Below are positions 23,482-33,388 of a stretch of 40,597 nt of DNA, in pieces. This stretch comes from Promethearchaeota archaeon (GTDB lineage: Archaea; Asgardarchaeota; Lokiarchaeia; Sigyniarchaeales; SOKP01). The notes under the pieces are model-generated. The model was not told where the DNA came from, did no database searches, and was given only the letters and a program-made list of their open reading frames with translations. The DNA is taken from NCBI GenBank assembly GCA_048940925.1, contig JBHLOC010000039.1, forward strand, positions 1 through 40,597, written 5' to 3'. Positions within the stretch are counted from its first letter, which is position 1. Each line of letters starts with the position of its first letter. The translations under genes and the position numbers were made by a program.

Positions 23482-24087
23482 GTGTTCAATATATTTAAAC
23501 TTTTTACAATTGAAGGAAAGATCGAGATCCCTCCATTTCTATTCGACCAAGAGAAAGAAATAAGTGCTCGAATTATTCTTTCAGAGGATTATGAAGGAAT
23601 AATTACAAGAGATTTTGGGTTTATAATTGCTGTCGTTGATGTACTTAAGGTTGGACAAGGTACTATTATCCCTGGTAATGCAAATACCTTTCACGAAGTA
23701 GATTTTACAATTCTTACATTTAAACCGACAGTTTCCGAAGTAGTAGAAGGAACTGTTGTAGAAGTTGTTGATTTTGGAAGTTTTATTCGACTAGGTCCAC
23801 TCGATGGTTTAGTTCATGTATCACAAATATGTGATGACTATATTTCTTATGAACAAGTTGGTAATAGATTTATCGGTAAGGAGACTGGAAGAATTCTTGA
23901 AGTCAATGATCAAGTACGAGCAAAAATAATCGCTGTATCTTTGGGAACAGGAAGAAGTGGTAAACTTGGTTTGACAATGCGACAGAAATATTTAGGAAAA
24001 GAAGATTGGATAGAGAGTGATATTCAAGAATTAATTGAAGAGCAAGAAGCAAAAAAATTGAAAAAAAGTGAAGAAAAAGAAGAATAA
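23482..24087 (+). CDS. rpoE1: DNA-directed RNA polymerase subunit E' (Rpo7)
   Basis: EVVEGTVVEVVDFGSFIRLGPLDGLVHVSQI S1 domain, LTMRQKYLGK; conserved operon position. True start may be ATA at 23491. Confidence 0.96.
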   Translation: MFNIFKLFTIEGKIEIPPFLFDQEKEISARIILSEDYEGIITRDFGFIIAVVDVLKVGQGTIIPGNANTFHEVDFTILTFKPTVSEVVEGTVVEVVDFGSFIRLGPLDGLVHVSQICDDYISYEQVGNRFIGKETGRILEVNDQVRAKIIAVSLGTGRSGKLGLTMRQKYLGKEDWIESDIQELIEEQEAKKLKKSEEKEE

Positions 24088-24114
24088 AAAATAAATTTGA
24101 AAAGAGTGATTATT

Positions 24115-24303
24115 ATGAAGGAAAAAGCTTGTAAAAATTGTCATCTCATTACTAAAAATGAAACAATTTGCCCTAAATGCAAAACTCACACATTAAGTGA
24201 AGATTTTCACGGTGCTGTCATTATAATAAATCCAGAGCAATCTTTATTTGCTCAATACCTTAAGATTCATTTCCCAGGTAAATACGCATTAAGGGTCAGA
24301 TAA
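24115..24303 (+). CDS. spt4: Transcription elongation factor Spt4 (RpoE'')
   Basis: ACKNC...CPKC zinc ribbon, PGKYALRVR; ATG after GAGTGA. Confidence 0.95.
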   Translation: MKEKACKNCHLITKNETICPKCKTHTLSEDFHGAVIIINPEQSLFAQYLKIHFPGKYALRVR

Positions 24304-24405
24304 AAAATATCTATTATTTTTCAATTTCATCTTACATCACATTATAATTCCTCAAATGACTTAAGTTTTAGGTAATTATTTTTAAGATTTGGTTGATTTA
24401 ATACT

Positions 24406-25002
24406 TTGAATTATATGGAGTATAATTTACGAATTCCCCAAAACCAAAGACACCAATTTACAGATCCTTTAGATATATTAATCGCAGGAAATCGAGAAGA
24501 TACAATAGCACAAGTAGAAAATATTTTTAGAGAATATCTTAAATCTGGGACAAAAATAGAATTTTATATAGTTGGGGATATTGTTGCTAAAGATTTCTTC
24601 TCTAATCAATTTTTAAAGAATTATGTACAGGTTTGTATTATTGATGAGAAAACTAAGCGAAATCAAATTAAAATTACGTTTGGGGAATTTTTTGAAAAAA
24701 TTATTAAATTTAAAAATCCTGAAGGTACCATTAATAAAGATGCTTGGAAATTATTTGGAAATATTATTAAATCTAGAAAAAAAACCCTAATTAAAATAAC
24801 TGAAGGAGAGGAAGATTTATTAGTCCTTCCTCTCATATTAAAAGTTCCAACAGATGAAAAAGTTAAACATTTCGTTTTTTATGGTCAACCACCAATTACA
24901 GACTCGCAATTTATAATACCAGAAGGAATAGTTATTGTAACTATTGATGCTAATATTAAACAAAAAGTGCAAAAACTCATTAATATAATGGAGAAATATT
25001 GA
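24406..25002 (+). CDS. GTP-dependent dephospho-CoA kinase (DUF359)
   Basis: VGDIV, IIDEKTKR, NPEGTI, EGEEDLLVLP, YGQP; conserved position after spt4. Confidence 0.9.
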   Translation: MNYMEYNLRIPQNQRHQFTDPLDILIAGNREDTIAQVENIFREYLKSGTKIEFYIVGDIVAKDFFSNQFLKNYVQVCIIDEKTKRNQIKITFGEFFEKIIKFKNPEGTINKDAWKLFGNIIKSRKKTLIKITEGEEDLLVLPLILKVPTDEKVKHFVFYGQPPITDSQFIIPEGIVIVTIDANIKQKVQKLINIMEKY

Positions 25003-25156
25003 ATATACTAACATACTGAATTCATAATGATCTAAATCTTATCTTCTCTAAAAAGCAAAATTTTATTTTTTACTTATTCTTTTGAAAAATATAGTTTCAA
25101 TAAATATCCACAAAATGGCTTAAATTATCAAGTAAATAAAAAATAAAAGGTTCAAA

Positions 25157-25510
25157 ATGTCATATAATATTGAAGTTATTGAGGAAAAGAAAAACCCTTT
25201 AATAGATAGAGTAGAATTAAAGTTTAGAATCGATCATTTTGGAGAAAGCACTCCAAATAGATTAGAAGTTAAAAAAAAAATAGCAGCAACTCAGGGTGTG
25301 GATGACAAATTAACCATAATAAGAAAACTTAATTCTCATTTTGGATCATCATCTACAGTTGGAAAGGCTTATATATATGAAAATTCAAAAGATTTGCAAT
25401 ATTTTGAACCATTTCATATTCAAGTACGTAATCTTGATAAAGATAAGAGAACTGAAATATATCAATTAAAAAAGAGAAAAGAACCTTATAAACATCTTTT
25501 TGAATATTAA
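25157..25510 (+). CDS. rps24e: 30S ribosomal protein S24e
   Basis: NPLIDRVEL, TPNRLEV, FG...GKAYIY. Confidence 0.95.
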   Translation: MSYNIEVIEEKKNPLIDRVELKFRIDHFGESTPNRLEVKKKIAATQGVDDKLTIIRKLNSHFGSSSTVGKAYIYENSKDLQYFEPFHIQVRNLDKDKRTEIYQLKKRKEPYKHLFEY

Positions 25511-25533
25511 AATTAAAAATAGAAAAAATAAAG

Positions 25534-25749
25534 ATGGGAGCATCAGATTATTACAAATTGGAAGGAGATAAATTAGTAAGAACTCATCGATCTTGTCCAA
25601 AGTGTGGACCGAGTTTTTTCCTAGCAAACCATTATGATCGGTGGAGTTGTGGAAAGTGTGGTTATACTGTGTTTAAACGAAAAGGAGCAGCAAAAGGAAA
25701 AGTAGCTAGAAGAACCCCTCGAAAACGCACCAAATCAAGAGAAACTTAA
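25534..25749 (+). CDS. rps27ae: 30S ribosomal protein S27ae
   Basis: CPKCG...H.DR..CGKCGYT zinc finger; basic C-terminal tail. Confidence 0.95.
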   Translation: MGASDYYKLEGDKLVRTHRSCPKCGPSFFLANHYDRWSCGKCGYTVFKRKGAAKGKVARRTPRKRTKSRET

Positions 25750-25861
25750 AAATATTTTATATGATTAAAATCAGTAAATTAGATAGCTACTACTATTTTT
25801 TCTCTACATAATTTTTTATTAAAAGATATTATGTCAATAAATGAATTTTATGGCAAAATAA

Positions 25862-26866
25862 ATGAAAGAATTGTGTTTGGGCATTGAGAGTACTGCTCAT
25901 ACTTTTGGAGTAGGAATAATTGATTTTGATGGAAAAGTATATAGTCTCATAAACGATATTTTTATTCCTGAAAAAGGAGGTTTACATCCTGCTTTAATAA
26001 GAGAACAACATTTAGCTAATTTTAATAAGACTATAAACAAAGCTCTATTAGAAGCTAATATCTCAATTCATGATATAAATTTAATAGCTTTTAGTCAAAG
26101 TCCTGGTTTGGGACCTATTTTAAAGATTGGAGCACTAATATCTCGAATGTTAAGTCAACTCTTAAATATCCCAATTGTTGGAGTTAATCATTGTGTTGCG
26201 CATATTGAGATTGGGAGATTACTGTGTAAGCTTGAAGATCCTCTTACTTTATACGCTTCAGGCGGAAATACTATTATAAGTGCCTATGAATCCGGTAGAT
26301 ATCAAATTTTTGGGGAAACACTTGATTTAGCAGTTGGTAATATGATTGATTCTTTTGCAAGAGATGCTGGATTACAACATCCTGGTGGTCCAAAAATAGA
26401 AAAATTAGCATTAGAATCTAAGAATTATATCCAATTACCCTATGTTGTAAAAGGGATGGATTTATCGTTTTCTGGACTATACACTGCTGCAAAAAATCTA
26501 CTACAATCTGATGACTATGATACAAAATATAATTTAAATGATGTAGCTTATTCTTTACAGGAAACGACTTTTGCGATGTTAACTGAAGTTACCGAAAGGG
26601 CTTTAGCACATACAGAAAAAACTGAGGTTCTTTTAACCGGAGGTGTTGCTGCAAATAAAAGACTACAAGAAATGATAGAATATATCAGTAATGAGCATAA
26701 TGCAAAGTTTGAAGTCGTACCACTGAGATATGCAGGGGATAATGGTGCAATGATCGCATGGACAGGTATTTTAAGATATAAAGCTGAAGGAGCTCATGAT
26801 ATTTCAGATACTATTATTAAACCCAAGAAAAGAATGGATCAAATTTCAATTCCATGGAGGAAATAA
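25862..26866 (+). CDS. kae1: t6A synthase Kae1 (KEOPS)
   Basis: LGIESTAHT, VNHCVAHIE, SGGNT, GGVAANKRL, DNGAMIA. Confidence 0.96.
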   Translation: MKELCLGIESTAHTFGVGIIDFDGKVYSLINDIFIPEKGGLHPALIREQHLANFNKTINKALLEANISIHDINLIAFSQSPGLGPILKIGALISRMLSQLLNIPIVGVNHCVAHIEIGRLLCKLEDPLTLYASGGNTIISAYESGRYQIFGETLDLAVGNMIDSFARDAGLQHPGGPKIEKLALESKNYIQLPYVVKGMDLSFSGLYTAAKNLLQSDDYDTKYNLNDVAYSLQETTFAMLTEVTERALAHTEKTEVLLTGGVAANKRLQEMIEYISNEHNAKFEVVPLRYAGDNGAMIAWTGILRYKAEGAHDISDTIIKPKKRMDQISIPWRK

Positions 26867-27546
26867 TTAGTTTGACATCTAATGTGATTAAGGAAAAAAT
26901 CATAAGAAAAGGAGCTGAGGCAAATCTTTATTATGGGTATTGGTTTGGGAAAGAAGTGATTTTTAAGTGCAGAATCCCTAAAAAATATCGAAATGAAGAA
27001 CTTGATAAAATAATTAGAACAACAAGGACTTTAAATGAAGCACGAGCATTAATAAAAGTTAAAAATTATGGAATAAATGTCCCACAAGTATTTGAAATTG
27101 ATCCGTATAATTCAACAATTATTATGAAATATATTCAAGGTAATAAGCTAAAAGATATTTTAAATAATTTGGATAATATTAAAAAAAATCATTATTTTAA
27201 ACAACTAGGAAATATAATCGCCCTATTACATAAAAATGGTCATATTCATGGTGATATAACTACAAGTAATATTATTATTACTGATAATGATAGTATTTTC
27301 TTAATAGATTTTGGGTTACATGAATATTCTAATATGATTGAAGACAAAAGTGTTGATTTACATCTACTGAAAAGAGTTTTAGTTTCATCACATGGTAGCA
27401 ATTATGAGATTTGCTTTAAAGCTTTCTTAGAAGGTTATAGATCAATATATTACCAATATAATTCAAAAGAATGTAATGAGATTATTAAAAATATAAATGT
27501 AATTGAATCTCGTGGTAGGTATGTAAGTTCAGAAGATAGATTATAG
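26854..27546 (+). CDS. bud32: KEOPS kinase/ATPase Bud32
   Basis: GAEA, RTLNEAR, HGDITTSN, IDFGL, VDLHLL, RGRY. Confidence 0.95.
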   Translation: MEEIISLTSNVIKEKIIRKGAEANLYYGYWFGKEVIFKCRIPKKYRNEELDKIIRTTRTLNEARALIKVKNYGINVPQVFEIDPYNSTIIMKYIQGNKLKDILNNLDNIKKNHYFKQLGNIIALLHKNGHIHGDITTSNIIITDNDSIFLIDFGLHEYSNMIEDKSVDLHLLKRVLVSSHGSNYEICFKAFLEGYRSIYYQYNSKECNEIIKNINVIESRGRYVSSEDRL

Positions 27547-27630
27547 TTGTTTAAAATCTATCGAATTTACTTTATTTTAAGAATTTCTGTGAATGCTGTA
27601 AAATATTTTCAATCATCATATTAATTCATA

Positions 27631-27684
27631 ATGCAAAATGTTCATCTAAATAATTAAACAATTAAAATTATTTACATTTTGCAT
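27631..27684. repeat. Nested inverted repeat upstream of the RHH regulator
   Basis: ATGCAAAATG/CATTTTGCAT (10 bp) enclosing TAAATAATT/AATTATTTA (9 bp). Confidence 0.55.
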
Positions 27685-27829
27685 CAAGATTATATATTTA
27701 CTATTCTTATAGTATAATATTAGAAAAGAGTGAATAGACTAAGGGTAAAGAATATATCTGTAGTACTTTTTCACTTTTGTGTCTTCAAATAAGAAACAGC
27801 AAGAACTTAAATCACTTGGAGCTAGTCAA

Positions 27830-28039
27830 ATGGCAGAAAATAAACCAGAAAAAAAAAGAACCAAGATGGTGAATATAACTATCAATATACCAGAAATTTA
27901 TGACAAAAATATTCAAAACTTAATAAAAATGCATATTATTCCAAGTAGATCTGAAGCGATAAGAAATGCTATTAGAGATTTCTTACATAATGAATATGAA
28001 AATTTGAAGTTATTAGGTTATTTTGAGGAGGCAGTCTAA
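27830..28039 (+). CDS. Ribbon-helix-helix (CopG-like) transcription regulator
   Basis: NITINIP...PSRSEAIRNAIRDFL; ATG 27830 after GGAG. Confidence 0.88.
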   Translation: MAENKPEKKRTKMVNITINIPEIYDKNIQNLIKMHIIPSRSEAIRNAIRDFLHNEYENLKLLGYFEEAV

Positions 28040-28184
28040 TAGATAAATCATTAACTAAGACAGCGTTCTTTTCATTCTATTAAAATAAAATCATTATAGT
28101 TTAAAACTCAGTCTTTGTTAAAATTTAAAATATTAATTTACTTAGTCTTACTATATTGGATTAAGGATTAAATACGTAAAAATT

Positions 28185-28775
28185 ATGCTATTGTTTACTG
28201 TAACTGAAAATGGAGCTTTAAGAAGAGTTACTAAAATTGATTTCAACGAAAATAAGGTTTTTCTAATTGATGATTTCAGAAATCTATATCTATGGATTGG
28301 TTTAAAAGCGTCCAAAAAAAAGAAAGATTTAGGTATAAAAAGGGCAGAAAAGCTAAAGAAAGAGCGAGAAAATGAAGTTAAAATTCAGGTTATGGACCAA
28401 AATTACGAATATGGTTCATTCTTAGCAATTATTGATATACTGAAAAAAGGAATGAAACCAAATGCTTCTATTGAGAAGAGACCTGAATTAGAAATAGGTT
28501 TTGAAGATACAATGGAACTCATTGATGCGGGAATAGATCCTGATTTTGAAGCTGATATAACTCTAGATGCTCATAAATTGGCTCAACAAAATAATACTTA
28601 TGAAGATTTATGTCGGATGTTAGCAGAATTACAAATTAGTATTTTAAAAGGGACAGAAAAAGCTTCAAAAGACGATATTAAGAAAAAAGCTCAAGAAATA
28701 TACAAATCTTCTTCTACATATGATGAACTTTGTTGGTTAATAGCAGAATTACGTAAATTATTAGAGGAAAAGTAA
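28185..28775 (+). CDS. One-domain gelsolin-like protein with C-terminal helical repeat domain (1DGelX-like)
   Basis: FNENKVFLIDD..NLYLWIG..AS...MDQ..E...F gelsolin pattern; twin TYEDLCRMLAEL / TYDELCWLIAEL repeats. Confidence 0.75.
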   Translation: MLLFTVTENGALRRVTKIDFNENKVFLIDDFRNLYLWIGLKASKKKKDLGIKRAEKLKKERENEVKIQVMDQNYEYGSFLAIIDILKKGMKPNASIEKRPELEIGFEDTMELIDAGIDPDFEADITLDAHKLAQQNNTYEDLCRMLAELQISILKGTEKASKDDIKKKAQEIYKSSSTYDELCWLIAELRKLLEEK

Positions 28776-28906
28776 TAATTTTTAATTTTAATAAATTTCA
28801 TAGCCCTGCAAATTTATAAAGTTTTCAGAAATTAATATTAAATTTATAAATATTATATAATATCAAACATATTAAAGAATTAGAAATTATAATGATGTGA
28901 AAATCA

Positions 28907-29533
28907 ATGTCTAAAAGTAAAGTAAGATTGAATTTCAGAATGAAAGCTATTTTTTATGAAACTTGTGCCTCAGAGGGGCAATGCTCCTTTTATTTTGGTA
29001 GAGATAGAGAAGATCCTTGTAAATCATTTCAGGTGTTTCAAATACAAGAAGGTCATATCGGTGAAATTGACATCAGTGGAATTTTTGCGATTCACGTCAT
29101 TGACTTATATTCTAATAAAGCTGCTGATATGATGACAAAAGGAGGTGATGGAGGGATATATATAAGTGAATCAACCACGGAAGAGCAAAGAAAATATTTA
29201 GAGGCTTTATGGGGTCCGGGTGATTCTGCGGGACAGATGTTGAAGAAAGTACTGGGATTCAGGTATGTTGAAATTTATCTAAGTCAAGAGGACAAAACAT
29301 ACCATATCAAGATGCCATATGGAGAGATGAAATTATCCTTGACAACTGGAATGGATGGTAAGAATCCTCAGCGTATAGAAAATTCACCCTTCGGTGTATT
29401 CTTAAATGATATCAAAATCTGTAATACCCATTTCTGGAATTATAATGACTTCGGAAAGAATTGGCACTTTGAAAATCGGAGTGGGATAATTGCTGATATA
29501 GATCAACAAACCAAAGTAAGATTAGCTATCTAA
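28907..29533 (+). CDS. DUF1326 family protein
   Basis: ETC...C, FQIQEGHIGEIDISG, IYISESTTEEQRKYL, WNYNDFGKNW resemble DUF1326. Confidence 0.65.
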   Translation: MSKSKVRLNFRMKAIFYETCASEGQCSFYFGRDREDPCKSFQVFQIQEGHIGEIDISGIFAIHVIDLYSNKAADMMTKGGDGGIYISESTTEEQRKYLEALWGPGDSAGQMLKKVLGFRYVEIYLSQEDKTYHIKMPYGEMKLSLTTGMDGKNPQRIENSPFGVFLNDIKICNTHFWNYNDFGKNWHFENRSGIIADIDQQTKVRLAI

Positions 29534-29589
29534 TAGATTACATGATTATGAAAGAAGTTGTTTGTAGTATTTATTATAAAATTGAGATT

Positions 29590-31359
29590 TCACTTTAGAC
29601 TTAGACTAATGCCAATTGCATTGGAAATTACCGCCGCGAAAAAGATTTGAACAATACTAAATGAGATTATCACAACCGGATAAAAGATTTTCATATTTTC
29701 AAATAACTTTTCATTTAAAATTATAACTATTGCTAAAATTAGGTAAGTAAATAATAATGAAGGGAAATAAGACAACTTTTTAGTTAAAAACATTAAAACT
29801 ATTAGAACTAAAACCATTATAGTAATGAAAACTTTTGTTTTTGACCCCTTCGATTTTAAGAAACTTAGCTGAGGATATAAAATTTTCCTGAAAAAAATTT
29901 CTATTGATAAAAATACAGGGAATATTAAATATCCTAGAGCAAAATGAACGACGAAATTAGAGGGCCATATAAAGCTAAATGGATAATAAAAAGAAAAAAT
30001 CATATATATAGCTATGAAATATACAGCACTTATCAATGTAAAGATTATATATTTCAGTTTTAATTGATCTTTTATTACATTACTTATACTAACTTTATTA
30101 ATTTCATTTTCATGTTTTTTAATGTATAATATTAATTTAATAAGTGTATAAATAAATATCATGTTTAATGAAGCATATATGATCCCAATCAATCCAAAAA
30201 TTCTTTCAAATATCACCCAATTCAATACAAATAGACCAATAGAGACAGGTATTTTAAGAATTTGTTTCTTCTTATCAAAACTAGGTATTAATAAAGAGTA
30301 GTCTTGAGATGCTGACATCTCAAATTTTCGTTCTTCCTTAAAAAAAATACTACATGATACTGTTATAAGACATATAACGGTTAAAATCAATAAAGAAATA
30401 TTAAAAATAATTAAAATATAATTCCAGTAGAAAGTAATGTATATTGGACCGTTCAAAGTCTTCGAGTCAAAAAAATGTTGTTCAAACCAATTAATTGTTT
30501 TTATAAGAACCTTATCAGAATATAATTGATGTGCCCCACCAATCAAAAATCCTTTAACCGGAATTAATGTGCAATTGGTCAATTTCTGGACTTTCAATGC
30601 ATTTTCAGTATAATCTAATATCTCATCATTTACATGATGAATCACTAATAAGTTATGAGTATTTTTCTCATTCAATAAATTAGCTGGAATATAATTCAAA
30701 AAATTTCGATTGTAGACAAATCCAAATCTAGGTGGTTCAAAATTTATTAAGGGTGCTAAACCTACTGTGACATTAAATCGAGAATCTAAAGCTTGATTCA
30801 TAAGAACGACCATCCCACCAAGTGAATGACCAAGTAATCCGATTTGATTCGTGTCTATTTCTGAATAAAATGGCATTGTTTCTAATTTATCTAATAACTT
30901 TGAACAATCCTGTGCTAAAGCAGGAATACCTGTAATAGGATCGATATTATTAATATTTCCTCCGCTTTCACCATGACCTTGATAATCAAGTGCTACTAAA
31001 TAAAAACCCCGCTTTGTAAGTTCTATTGGGAATCTAAGATCAAAGTCCCTTTTACTTCCAATTCCGTGACAATAAATAATTAAAGGACTTTTATTTTGAA
31101 ATGTTATGGTTTTTGATGGATAATATAAATTAGCATAAAGAACAGCTCCAGCAGATTTAAATTGAACCCTCTCGTAGTTATTATAACTTTGAGTCTTATT
31201 AAAATGTAAACAAGTTAGAGATATTATAAGTATTATAATAAATAGCAATAATTTTCCAAGATGACTTTGTTCTTTATGAGTCATCTTATCGACTATGATG
31301 ATTTCTTCTCTTTCTTCCAAAAGCGCAGCATGATTTTTTGAAAAAATTTTCATCACCAA
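29590..31359 (-). CDS. Membrane-anchored alpha/beta hydrolase with polytopic C-terminal domain
   Basis: HGIG, DYQGHGES, GHSLGG nucleophile elbow; many TM segments. Confidence 0.88.
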   Translation of the reverse strand: MVMKIFSKNHAALLEEREEIIIVDKMTHKEQSHLGKLLLFIIILIISLTCLHFNKTQSYNNYERVQFKSAGAVLYANLYYPSKTITFQNKSPLIIYCHGIGSKRDFDLRFPIELTKRGFYLVALDYQGHGESGGNINNIDPITGIPALAQDCSKLLDKLETMPFYSEIDTNQIGLLGHSLGGMVVLMNQALDSRFNVTVGLAPLINFEPPRFGFVYNRNFLNYIPANLLNEKNTHNLLVIHHVNDEILDYTENALKVQKLTNCTLIPVKGFLIGGAHQLYSDKVLIKTINWFEQHFFDSKTLNGPIYITFYWNYILIIFNISLLILTVICLITVSCSIFFKEERKFEMSASQDYSLLIPSFDKKKQILKIPVSIGLFVLNWVIFERIFGLIGIIYASLNMIFIYTLIKLILYIKKHENEINKVSISNVIKDQLKLKYIIFTLISAVYFIAIYMIFSFYYPFSFIWPSNFVVHFALGYLIFPVFLSIEIFFRKILYPQLSFLKSKGSKTKVFITIMVLVLIVLMFLTKKLSYFPSLLFTYLILAIVIILNEKLFENMKIFYPVVIISFSIVQIFFAAVISNAIGISLSLK

Positions 31360-31570
31360 ATTATTAAATCTTAAATTTCAAATTTTGTGAACACCAATCA
31401 TTATATGAAAAATAAACTATTTAAATGTTTTCACACACTTTGAAATTTAAAAACAAAAAGAATAAAGAATTATTGAAGAGTTGGTAAAAAAATAAACAAG
31501 TGATAATTAAACTTAACTAAAAACGAGATTTATAATTAAAACGTTTACAAAATTACTATTATATTTGGTT

Positions 31571-31816
31571 TTATCGGCGTCCTCGAATCTTTCTAGCTTC
31601 TCTTTCAACTTCCCTTAAAATTACGATATCATTTAATTTTATTGGTCCTTTTACATTCCTCGTCAAGATTCGATTCTTGTCTGGACCTTCTAAAATACGA
31701 ACTTTAATTTGTGTGATTTCACCTGTAAGACCAGTTCGACCAATAACTTGTATAACTTGTGCTGGAATAGAACCATCTTGAACTACGACTCCTTTTGATT
31801 TATCAAGCTTAACCAT
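31571..31816 (-). CDS. rps28e: 30S ribosomal protein S28e
   Basis: [25 protein letters not shown]. Confidence 0.97.
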   Translation of the reverse strand: MVKLDKSKGVVVQDGSIPAQVIQVIGRTGLTGEITQIKVRILEGPDKNRILTRNVKGPIKLNDIVILREVEREARKIRGRR

Positions 31817-31835
31817 TTAACTTCACCATAATCTT

Positions 31836-32207
31836 TTATTTTTTTACTTCTTCTATTTTCTTAATTACATCATCTAAGACTCCTTCATTTCCTGTTCCTA
31901 CATTTTCTACTGCGATGGCACTCGCAGAAACGTTTATTCTCACAGAGTTTCCTAATTCCTTTTTACCTGAAACATAGCCATAGGGAATCCTTTTTTCCTC
32001 ACATAATAAGGGAATATGGAAGAGGATCTCGGGAGGACTTACGTCTTCTGCCATTACAACAAATTTAGCTTGAACACGTTCAATAGATTTTGTTACTTCA
32101 TTCATTCCTTTTCTAATCTTAGAATCTCTGGTCTCTGCGATAGTGTTTAAAGCATTCTTTATTTGATTTTTCAATTTATCAGGAATCTGAATTTTAACAT
32201 ATGATAT
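31836..32207 (-). CDS. rpl7ae: Ribosomal protein L7Ae (proposed ATA start at 32207)
   Basis: KGMNEVTKSIER, AEDVSPPEI, KKELG; frame extends upstream of the ORF-track TTG with (M)SYVKIQIPDKL, bounded by an in-frame TGA. Confidence 0.93.
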   Translation of the reverse strand: MSYVKIQIPDKLKNQIKNALNTIAETRDSKIRKGMNEVTKSIERVQAKFVVMAEDVSPPEILFHIPLLCEEKRIPYGYVSGKKELGNSVRINVSASAIAVENVGTGNEGVLDDVIKKIEEVKK

Positions 32208-32515
32208 TTTTAATCATCTCTTTCAAATATATTACTTCCATTATATATTTTCATAAATCATCGATATATGATACAATAAATAATTTGAGGTTAAAAATAA
32301 AATTTTTCATTTAGATCATTTCTTTTATTGGATTTAAGATTTTTAAAAGATCAACTATATTGATTATAAAATAATTTTGACAAGGTTTTCAATAGCGAGA
32401 AAGATGTAAAAGCAATAGATTTTCAAAGAATTTTTAAACTTAACAGATCGTTATTTTAGTAATTTTGGATCATCAGATTGCCATTGTAAATCCCATTTGT
32501 TTTATTTTGAAGATT

Positions 32516-33013
32516 TTAAGGAATTAAAACTATTATTCCAATAATTAAAGCAATTATTATTATTATTTCTACAATAACTGCTTTCTTTTCATAGATCCAA
32601 TCAGGAAGCCAAAAAAGCGTTTTTTCTCTAATTATATCTACCATTCTATGGAAAAAGTTGTTATGATGGTAATCTATTTTTCCATTTTTATTTCTTCTCT
32701 TTTGAATTCGTCTTACTATCATCCAATCCCAAATATCAGGTAAATTAGCAAATAACATACCTAAATAATAAGGGAAAAAAAGAATTATAGCAATATAACC
32801 AGAAACGCGTACACTAATATTCCAAGAAACCCAGAACTTATCATCCCAATGCGGTTCAGGAGTATGATATGTTATTTTTGAAAATGCATCAGTAATAAAA
32901 TGGGACAAAAAGGCAACGATTATAGTAAGTAAAAAGTTAAAGGGAAAGGTAAAGAATATAAAACATGAAATTTGAATGAGCACTCCCATCAAAACATGAG
33001 TAATTAAATTCAT
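32516..33013 (-). CDS. Small membrane protein, possible metal-dependent hydrolase
   Basis: TH...SHFITD...H...PD..D...H pattern within hydrophobic helices. Confidence 0.6.
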   Translation of the reverse strand: MNLITHVLMGVLIQISCFIFFTFPFNFLLTIIVAFLSHFITDAFSKITYHTPEPHWDDKFWVSWNISVRVSGYIAIILFFPYYLGMLFANLPDIWDWMIVRRIQKRRNKNGKIDYHHNNFFHRMVDIIREKTLFWLPDWIYEKKAVIVEIIIIIALIIGIIVLIP

Positions 33014-33388
33014 TATCTTTTTAGTTAAAATACATATAAAAGTTTATAAAAATGATATTTAAAAAAATCTTTACGTTTAGAAATAATTTTTTATTAGTAC
33101 ATCTGTGAACATGGTATTTGATGTGATTTTTGTCTATTGAATAAATTTTTCTGATTATTCAATAAATTTTTGTTACTATTATGTATGTACACTATAAAAT
33201 AAACACTTTTTCTTCATTATAATGGAAAGGATTATCATATTAGGTAAACTTGAAGTATACTGAACACTCCAAATTGACTCATCCGAATTAACATATTTTA
33301 TTTGAGCAATAACTGAAATTAATAAAAAACGATGCGTATTCTTATAATTTTTTTATTCATTTCTTATTATTAGAATTATTATTTAGTC

